Virus record (IMG/VR): IMGVR_UViG_3300047322_000261
Length of the DNA stretch: 64,000 nt
Strand: one strand, 5' to 3'
DNA from: an uncultured virus (IMG/VR IMGVR_UViG_3300047322_000261)
Taxonomy: Duplodnaviria; Heunggongvirae; Uroviricota; Caudoviricetes
Below, one piece after another: positions 57,817-64,000 of this stretch. Position 1 is the first letter of the stretch. The number at the start of each line of letters is the position of its first letter. The notes beneath the pieces were generated by a model, which saw only the letters and a program-made list of their open reading frames with translations, was not told where the DNA came from and made no database searches. The translations under genes were made by a program, and so were the position numbers.

Positions 57817-59477
57817 GGTGTTAACTGCATCGTGTTGCCGTTGAAGTTGAAGTAGACTTCCTTATCTACCTTGCCTCTGGTAAACTTCAAGGTCTTGACT
57901 GTTACAATGTCGCTGTCTTCTGGATGTTCGGCGTTGTCTTTGGTGATACCTAGGATAAGGTTGGCTGATTCCTCTAGCTCTCCCGCACCGCGAGCATCGT
58001 GTAAGGATAGGGCCTTCCTAGCTCCACGATTTCCCTTGTCGTCTTTTTGTGGTCTACCTACCTGAGAACCCATAACAACAACGGTTCCTGTGTTCTTGGC
58101 TAATACCTTAGCCTGCTGTGCCTTAGCCGCCATAGCTTCGTATCGGTTGAACGACACGCCTTTAACAAGACCCATGTAGTCAATCATTACCATAGCCGGA
58201 TGCTTGCCAAACTTTAACTCTGATTGCTCGATCAGTCTCTCCATGTAATCCATTGTTATTCCTGATCTGTCGCAGGTTAGGATATGTTCTAGGTTCTTAA
58301 ACTTCTCTTTCATAGAAGCTGTTCCTTCTCGGTAATCTTTAAGAACGTCGTCTTCTAGGCAGTTACATTCCATCTGGGTGTTACGCATGAACATAGCTTC
58401 AAGTGGTAGCTCTAGCTCAAAGAACAACGTTGGCAGAGGCTTTGCAGACCTAGCCATGTATTGCATGAACGCTGTCTTGCCTTGCCCTGTGTCACCCATG
58501 ACCATGATTAACTCTCCCGGCATCATGGTTTTGTTACCGTAAGCGGGAGCTAGTCTACCTAGCGAGAACCCGCGAGTATTGACTTCCTTAACATATTCCT
58601 TAAACTGTTCTTCCATTTCGTAAACAGTGTAAAGAGGCAAAGGCTCGATAGCCATAACTGCCGACATAATAAGATTCCTTACAGCGGTAGACTTGTCTTC
58701 CTGCGTCTCAAGGTAGTCAGAAATATCCTTAAACTCTTTAGGGATGTTGACTTTCTTGGCTGAGTTTACCTTACCGTCTAGCGATGCTATGACTGCTCTG
58801 TAATGCTTGTCTCCTGCCGCGTCATTGTCCGAAAAGATCAGAACGTTCCTTCCCTTGAGAAACTCAGAATAGGCCGGAAACCACGAGCTAGAACCACCGC
58901 AATGAGTAGTAGCGCAGTATCCTAACCCTATAAGGGTGTCTGCATCTTTCTCTCCCTCGCAAAGTAACACGGTCTCTGACTTCATTACTTCGGGTAGATT
59001 GTATAACACGCGGGTTATACCATCAAGACTCCAATTCCAATCATCGCCTTCTGGTTGACGCTGGCGGAACGACTTAGGCTCATACCTAACTACTTGGTAT
59101 AGTAACTTGCCAGTCTCGTCGGTGTAGTCGTAGGTCTTTACTTCTTTAGATTCTAGGGTGGCGGAAGGGGTCGGAGTCTGCACAGTCCCTTGTCCGCTTT
59201 TATTAGCAGGCTCCCCGCCACCCAATTCTTCAACAGCTTGCTTAAAGTCCATTCCTTTCTCCATCATAACCCAATCTATTGAAGTCCCGCCTGTGTCGCA
59301 GTCGTTACAGTGCCACACGTTCTTTCCTACGTCTAGGCTTACACATAGGTGCATCCTGCCATGTTCGGTTGTTGGACATTTGTTGGTGACGTAGTTATTT
59401 CCGGCTCGGCGTAAACTCGCCCCTCGGCCTTGAACGAACGAATGGATTGGGTATTTCTTGATTTCTTCTGTTGTCAT
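57798..59477 (-). CDS. Primase-helicase (Zn finger + TOPRIM + DnaB-like helicase)
   Basis: CP..EH...WHCNDC; LLCEGEKDAD; SDND; GDTGQGKT; MIDY; SQ. Confidence 0.92.
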   Translation of the reverse strand: MTTEEIKKYPIHSFVQGRGASLRRAGNNYVTNKCPTTEHGRMHLCVSLDVGKNVWHCNDCDTGGTSIDWVMMEKGMDFKQAVEELGGGEPANKSGQGTVQTPTPSATLESKEVKTYDYTDETGKLLYQVVRYEPKSFRQRQPEGDDWNWSLDGITRVLYNLPEVMKSETVLLCEGEKDADTLIGLGYCATTHCGGSSSWFPAYSEFLKGRNVLIFSDNDAAGDKHYRAVIASLDGKVNSAKKVNIPKEFKDISDYLETQEDKSTAVRNLIMSAVMAIEPLPLYTVYEMEEQFKEYVKEVNTRGFSLGRLAPAYGNKTMMPGELIMVMGDTGQGKTAFMQYMARSAKPLPTLFFELELPLEAMFMRNTQMECNCLEDDVLKDYREGTASMKEKFKNLEHILTCDRSGITMDYMERLIEQSELKFGKHPAMVMIDYMGLVKGVSFNRYEAMAAKAQQAKVLAKNTGTVVVMGSQVGRPQKDDKGNRGARKALSLHDARGAGELEESANLILGITKDNAEHPEDSDIVTVKTLKFTRGKVDKEVYFNFNGNTMQLTPCQTTT

Positions 59478-59862
59478 TTTGTTAGTGCGTTTTCTCCTGT
59501 TACTGCTTTCATAAAAGTGTCGTGATTTGGAAGGTATCGTTCCTGCATAGCCCATAGTTTTGTAGGAAACAATGGTGAGTTTCGGATAATCCAACCCTCT
59601 GCTTCGGCGTAACTACGTAGCGGTAACGGACACGCCTTTTGTCTATTGTCTTCTCTAATTACATACCATATCTCATTCATTGTATTATGTATCCTTCAAC
59701 GGTTGACCAAAAAGGTTTGAATGGCTCTATGCTCTGTGCCTCAATAGCACCTATTTCAGCTTCCATAGCGTAAGGGTTATCTGAATAAACATAGACTCGA
59801 TGGTCTCCATGTCCTGAGTCTACCAACTCAGTTAGTTTGTCTCTTAGTTTTTCAATGGTCAT
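59474..59862 (-). CDS. Two small hypothetical ORFs (59474..59680, 59677..59862)
   Basis: ATGA coupling. Confidence 0.5.
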
Positions 59863-59964
59863 ATTAATTTTATGCTAGCAGCTAGCTGGTTATTTATTCC
59901 TCTTATTGGCTATTGATTAGTGTAACAAAAACCCGCGTGCGGTGATTGTGTTGCGCGGTTGTTC

Positions 59965-60300
59965 TCAAGTGTGCTCAAGTGTGCTAACATGCTCATGCTG
60001 GTTGCTTCCGTAAATCTTCCATAAGGTATGAGTCCATCGACCACCCTCTGCGTGTTCCTGAGACCTGCTCAGTAGCTTTAACGATTCAAGCTCTTTAGCA
60101 AAACGCCATATACTCATTCGGCTAACTCCTAGAGCCTTAGCAAGAGTAAGAGTTGACGGGAAAGCTACACTTTGTTGCGGAGCGCAGTAGGACTTAAGAG
60201 CTAAATACAAACACTTTCCACCCATTGAAATTTCTGGATTAAGTATAAACTCTTTTCTAACAGGAAACGACCAATCGCCTTCATAAATTATCCTATTCAT
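59965..60300 (-). CDS. Winged-HTH protein (HTH_36 / replication-initiator N-terminus-like)
   Basis: K.LYL.L..YC....AFPS..TLA..LGVSR..I.R..KELE. Confidence 0.75.
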   Translation of the reverse strand: MNRIIYEGDWSFPVRKEFILNPEISMGGKCLYLALKSYCAPQQSVAFPSTLTLAKALGVSRMSIWRFAKELESLKLLSRSQEHAEGGRWTHTLWKIYGSNQHEHVSTLEHT

Positions 60301-60659
60301 CCTTGCAGGTCGTCTTGAATATACTTACTGTGAGACAGTAGAGACCTTCTAGCCTCTAGCATACACCTACCAGTTTCGTAGTTATAGATCGTCTGGTGGG
60401 CATCCTCTACTCGTTTTCTAAGGTTATCCATGTCAGAAATAAAATGCTCTGACGTTCTGGCAAAATACTCGGCCTTAGCCACAGAATCACCAGACAAAAG
60501 GTAGGGATTCATGTGTTTAGCTAGTATGCTTTTACGATCATCAGAGGCAAACTCTAGTATCTGTTTAGCCTCGCCAGCTAAGTCAGAAAGGTCTTTAACC
60601 ATTACCATTGCTTCGTTTAATTCCTTGGCGATTTCAACAGATTGTGTATGGTCACTCAC
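60297..60659 (-). CDS. Helical protein, possibly recombination mediator (UvsY-like)
   Basis: SVAKAE..A...EARRSLLS pattern; GTG start directly after promoter copy 6. Confidence 0.45.
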   Translation of the reverse strand: MSDHTQSVEIAKELNEAMVMVKDLSDLAGEAKQILEFASDDRKSILAKHMNPYLLSGDSVAKAEYFARTSEHFISDMDNLRKRVEDAHQTIYNYETGRCMLEARRSLLSHSKYIQDDLQG

Positions 60660-60664
60660 TACTT

Positions 60665-60698
60665 AGTATCTCACACTCTTAGGTTTGGACAACGGAAA
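60665..60698 (-). promoter_or_regulatory. Conserved promoter motif, copy 6 (TTTCCGTTG-N19-GATACT)
   Basis: Identical spacing. Confidence 0.7.
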
Positions 60699-60708
60699 CG
60701 TTGTAACA

Positions 60709-60978
60709 TTATTTGTAGAGTATGTATCCTTTCTCTCTAGCCTCGCGTTTGTGGTCTTCGATCCAGTTGTGGTGAATAATACAGACCGTCATAAACGTGG
60801 TGCTATCGTTTAGATACTTTCCTCTACGCATCTTATGATGGATTGTTACACCATAGTCACTTCCGCAGATTTCACAGAACGGGTGAGTAGCAAGATAAGC
60901 TGGCTTAGTGTAGTGATTGAAGCAATGAAGCTCTCTAGCTAGCTTGTTACTTACTCTCTTAAGTGGTGTTCGTCTCAT
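60709..60978 (-). CDS. Small HNH-type nuclease
   Basis: CEICG...IHHK..RG...VC..HH.WI. Confidence 0.75.
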   Translation of the reverse strand: MRRTPLKRVSNKLARELHCFNHYTKPAYLATHPFCEICGSDYGVTIHHKMRRGKYLNDSTTFMTVCIIHHNWIEDHKREAREKGYILYK

Positions 60979-61421
60979 ATTAGGTCTTTTACGTGTGTTA
61001 CTGGAGGATTATGAGGATGAGGGTAGAAGTCATTAAATCTAGCCATTTGAGATAGCTGCGCGTCTAAGTGTTTCCAGTTGGTAGAGTCTATATTAACCCA
61101 AACGTCAGGAAACTTATCCATGAATTGAGTATCAAGTTTAGTGCATCCTAAGCCGTGGTGGATGCCATACCCGCCTTTCATCGAATAGGTGTATGAACAC
61201 CAATGATAGGGGCAATCGAGTAGGGCCTGTATAGCACCCGGCCACGGAATAATATCATGCTCTACTATAACAACGGTCTCACGCCTTTCCCATAGCTCGC
61301 ATAACAGCTTCCAGTAATCATCATCCCCGCGCATCTCTATAAACTCAATTTCGGGACGCTCTTGACGGAGAATTTTTCTAATCAATGGCTCATGCCAAGT
61401 ATAGGGACAGATTACTTTCAT
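60975..61421 (-). CDS. GT-A-like (glycosyltransferase family 2-like) small protein
   Basis: VIVEHDIIP (DxD-like), GLGCTKL, W..LD. Confidence 0.5.
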   Translation of the reverse strand: MKVICPYTWHEPLIRKILRQERPEIEFIEMRGDDDYWKLLCELWERRETVVIVEHDIIPWPGAIQALLDCPYHWCSYTYSMKGGYGIHHGLGCTKLDTQFMDKFPDVWVNIDSTNWKHLDAQLSQMARFNDFYPHPHNPPVTHVKDLI

Positions 61422-62083
61422 TTCTTGTTAATTGCGCGGAACGCATAGTATAGGTCTAGCTGGCGTTGAAAAACGTTCCAGTGCTTCTCAAGGTCATCTA
61501 GCCACCTAACTTCCGTATCCTTTGGGTTGTCTTTACCGTGACGAAAGATAACTCGGCGTTTAATATGTTCCTCGTTATTCTCGTTCCAAAGGTTCTCATA
61601 TCCGGCTACTTGGCGATAGAAGCTTCCATAAATACTTGGAGAGCTTTTTTCGTCTACTAACACTAATTCCTTGTCTTTATCTCTAGCAACAATGTCTAGC
61701 GTTCCACCAAACTTATAGTTCTCACTTACTAGCTCTAGCTCGCTAGCAACATACTCAAGACCTTCCTTACCCCAAGTTGTCTTGAATTTCTCAAAGACCT
61801 GAGTGCCACCATCAATGGCTACCTTGGAGTATTCCTGTAGGTCAGGGTCGTCTCCCTTAAGCCAGCACTCAATGAGAAAGTGAGCTACTGAACCTATATT
61901 AGCGGCTACCTCTGTTACCTTTTTGTAGTCCTGTTTATCTAGTCCGAGTTTCCACGCCCAAGCTATAAGGAATGACTGGTCTTCCCCAACCTTGGAAACA
62001 GTAGAACCACCCGGACAGATAGAACCGTCTTTTAACCTATAGATAACATGAGCGCGTGTTGCGCTAAGCTTACGCAGAGCCAT
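61418..62083 (-). CDS. PD-(D/E)xK exonuclease
   Basis: G...H..IE, GGTLDIV, LVDEKSS, QVAGY; ATG at 62083. Confidence 0.85.
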   Translation of the reverse strand: MALRKLSATRAHVIYRLKDGSICPGGSTVSKVGEDQSFLIAWAWKLGLDKQDYKKVTEVAANIGSVAHFLIECWLKGDDPDLQEYSKVAIDGGTQVFEKFKTTWGKEGLEYVASELELVSENYKFGGTLDIVARDKDKELVLVDEKSSPSIYGSFYRQVAGYENLWNENNEEHIKRRVIFRHGKDNPKDTEVRWLDDLEKHWNVFQRQLDLYYAFRAINKK

Positions 62084-62675
62084 GTAGGAAGTCGTAGAAT
62101 TTAGCGGCCAGCTTAACAATCTTTTCTGGACTTCCTTCTCCTGAAGCGGCAGACAGATCAACGGCAGCTTTAAGGGCTACCTGTTTCTCGATTGACTCAC
62201 GTTTGGTTTCCTCAGAAACGAACCTAGTGTTCTTAACCACCATCTCTGACGGTTTGGGTGTTAATTGCTCGGCTAACTCGTCTGTCTCGGTAGCGTTGAA
62301 CACTTCCTTAACATCTTCCTCTGTAACAGGCCCACCTGTAACTTGGTCGATCTTAACGTGCTTCTCTACCTTAAGCTGTTTCTTTCCCTTGTATTCATCA
62401 ACGGTGATTCCGCTAATCCTGCCCTTACTGTCTTCCTGAGCTAACAAGATAACATCTTCACCCTCAAGGTTGCGAAGGTCTAGGTTAAATCGGTTCCAAA
62501 AGGTAGCCCGAATCTCACCATCGAAATCCTTAAGGATAGCAGCCTGCATCTTCCAAGGCCTTCCGTTAGCTTCACCTTCCCCCGGTTCAAACCCTTTCTT
62601 TACCTGAACTGCCAGTTTTAGGACTGGCGAACCCTTAGCTAGCTCATCAATATCCGCGATTGTAACTTGATTCAT
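62070..62675 (-). CDS. OB-fold single-stranded DNA-binding protein (RPA-like)
   Basis: ILKD.DGEIRATFW...VDEYKGKKQL; C-terminal SI..QVALKAAV. Confidence 0.7.
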   Translation of the reverse strand: MNQVTIADIDELAKGSPVLKLAVQVKKGFEPGEGEANGRPWKMQAAILKDFDGEIRATFWNRFNLDLRNLEGEDVILLAQEDSKGRISGITVDEYKGKKQLKVEKHVKIDQVTGGPVTEEDVKEVFNATETDELAEQLTPKPSEMVVKNTRFVSEETKRESIEKQVALKAAVDLSAASGEGSPEKIVKLAAKFYDFLHGSA

Positions 62676-62684
62676 ATATGAATT

Positions 62685-62718
62685 AATATAGCACAGGTTT
62701 AACTAGCCACAACGGAAA
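62685..62718 (-). promoter_or_regulatory. Conserved promoter motif, copy 7 (TTTCCGTTG-N19-TATATT)
   Basis: Heads the replication operon; back-to-back with a + strand promoter. Confidence 0.8.
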
Positions 62719-62719
62719 T

Positions 62720-62748
62720 TTGACACACCCCTTCCAGTAACATAATAT
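62720..62748 (+). promoter_or_regulatory. Sigma70-like promoter TTGACA-N17-TAATAT for the capsid transcript
   Basis: Consensus -35, divergent from copy 7. Confidence 0.65.
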
Positions 62749-62771
62749 AACAATGGGACTGAAAGTAAGTC

Positions 62772-62935
62772 GCTGTAACCCTAAGCAGCCTCTAATATCC
62801 GTAACCTAGAGTAGTTAGCTTGTTACCCTGAGGTAACATGAACCGAGCTAGCATTGGTAACGAGAAGGGTTCGCAACATAAGTCGTGGAGCTACGTGTGT
62901 GGTTCCTGCGTTGCGTTCAAGAACCCTTTGGAGGC
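62772..62935 (+). ncRNA. Structured 5' leader upstream of the capsid gene
   Basis: Nested stems GCCTCTA/TGGAGGC, TAGCT/AGCTA + TGTTACC/GGTAACA, GAAGGGTTC/GAACCCTTT + CGCAAC/GTTGCG. Confidence 0.55.
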
Positions 62936-62976
62936 AATGTAAGACATAAATAAGGGTAACAGAAAGAATAACTTAT

Positions 62977-64000
62977 ATGGCTTATCCTAATGACTGTCTG
63001 TCACCAGCAGTCGCACTGGACATTGCAAATAAGGATTCTCTACGTATCGTTGGGCAGGTTGCCATGACGATTGCGCAGCGTTCGGCATATACCGACACGA
63101 TTGACGGTGGGACATTGGAAAATGTTTCTGACGTTGTTCGTTCGATCACTGGCGAAGCTGCGGTTCCTTCTGCTTCTCTGACTCGACCCATTTTCGTTCC
63201 CGCTGCTAACGCTTGCGGAACGGGTGGTGGCGTTGACCAGACAGGCACTACGGAATATCAATTCCAATTGATGAATCTTCGTGGCCGTGGGCCTAAGGTG
63301 TGTGTTAAGACTACGAGAACTGGCTTTATCTCCAGTTATACTCATGCTCTTAACTCGCTGAAACAGATGCTTGTCAGGTTGCAAAACGCGGATATTCGCG
63401 CTAACTACTATGACAACTCTGGATGTAAGTGTATTGTAGACTCGACTGGGACGTTCGCACAGGACTTCGCAGGAGATGTTAATGCGCTTAGCACAGCGTT
63501 CCCTAGCAGGACACCTAATGCTCCGATTACGTTTCGTTCGCTTGAAGTTGTAATGACTTACATGCGTGAGACGTTAGGGGTTCAACCCGTTGACATGGCA
63601 GGCGTGCAGGAAGGTGTATTCAAATTCATCGGCTCGCAGTTTGCTATTCAGTCAATGCGCGATGAGCTTCACATCGGTCAGGACACCCGCGCCTTGGTTC
63701 AAGGTGGGTATGATCTAGGATATGAAACTGTGAGAGGCTACGGCTGGTCTGGGCCTTATCATGGTATTGTATTCGGGGTTGACCCTGAGCCGTTGAGAGG
63801 CACTACGCTTGCAGCGGGTGTTCTTACGCTCATTGAGCCCGGAACGGCAGTAGCTACAACCACAGGTTTTGGGTATCGTCCTAATGCCTCATGGGTGTCT
63901 GCTACATACGAAGTAGGATTCTTGTTTGGTAAAAGCCCATTTGCACGATTGGTTCCGACCTATCAGAGAGTTCCCGGATGGGACTTCCCTGCTCAGATCG
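62977..64000 (+). CDS. Major capsid protein (probable; partial, runs off the window)
   Basis: Frame open from ATG 62977 to the end (MAYPNDCLSP...IDGGTLENVSDVVRS...RGRGPKVCVK...GVDPEPLR...YEVGFL...RLVP); AGAAAG RBS; no other capsid candidate in the window. Confidence 0.7.
   Translation, partial: MAYPNDCLSPAVALDIANKDSLRIVGQVAMTIAQRSAYTDTIDGGTLENVSDVVRSITGEAAVPSASLTRPIFVPAANACGTGGGVDQTGTTEYQFQLMNLRGRGPKVCVKTTRTGFISSYTHALNSLKQMLVRLQNADIRANYYDNSGCKCIVDSTGTFAQDFAGDVNALSTAFPSRTPNAPITFRSLEVVMTYMRETLGVQPVDMAGVQEGVFKFIGSQFAIQSMRDELHIGQDTRALVQGGYDLGYETVRGYGWSGPYHGIVFGVDPEPLRGTTLAAGVLTLIEPGTAVATTTGFGYRPNASWVSATYEVGFLFGKSPFARLVPTYQRVPGWDFPAQI

Noticed and set aside
62982..63384. Minus-strand ORFs 62982..63248 and 63040..63384 in the track
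   Set aside because: Shadows of the long + strand ORF from 62977, which has an RBS, a promoter and no stop.
1..64000. Amber stop-codon reassignment suggested by abundant CTAG
   Set aside because: Standard code gives long intact genes and dense packing, TAG ends several genes cleanly, and there is no suppressor tRNA.

Overview
The window is most of the genome of a lytic-looking dsDNA tailed phage with podovirus-like gene content. No integrase, DNA polymerase, RNA polymerase, CRISPR array or reverse transcriptase is visible. The + strand (1-24.9 kb) carries tail/nozzle and ejection proteins, a 3099-aa polyvalent-type virion protein, a small-RNA cluster (tRNA-fMet plus two CCA-ended tRNA-like RNAs), a metallophosphoesterase and a NADAR protein. 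The - strand (25.2-62.7 kb) carries an accessory/early block (an expanded family of small paralogues and an amidoligase/ATP-grasp/GATase/GGCT set), nucleotide-handling enzymes, scaffold, portal, terminase, a T4-BGT-like glycosyltransferase next to a catalytically altered citrate-synthase-like protein, primase-helicase, exonuclease and SSB. A probable major capsid gene starts divergently at 62977 and runs off the window; it is missing from the ORF track. Main highlights: (1) 14 in-frame [FYL]-M-P-[RKP] junction motifs divide the giant protein, downstream of its HEXXH metallopeptidase motif, into repeated modules, suggesting a self-processing injected polyprotein; (2) seven copies of a promoter-like motif, TTTCCGTTG-N19-(T/G)A...T, several leading directly into structured RNAs; (3) a two-hairpin sRNA candidate with loops antisense to phage start-codon regions; (4) about nine paralogous small early proteins; (5) apparent GTAC and CCWGG avoidance. 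All family calls come from reading motifs by eye; no database search or k-mer count was run.
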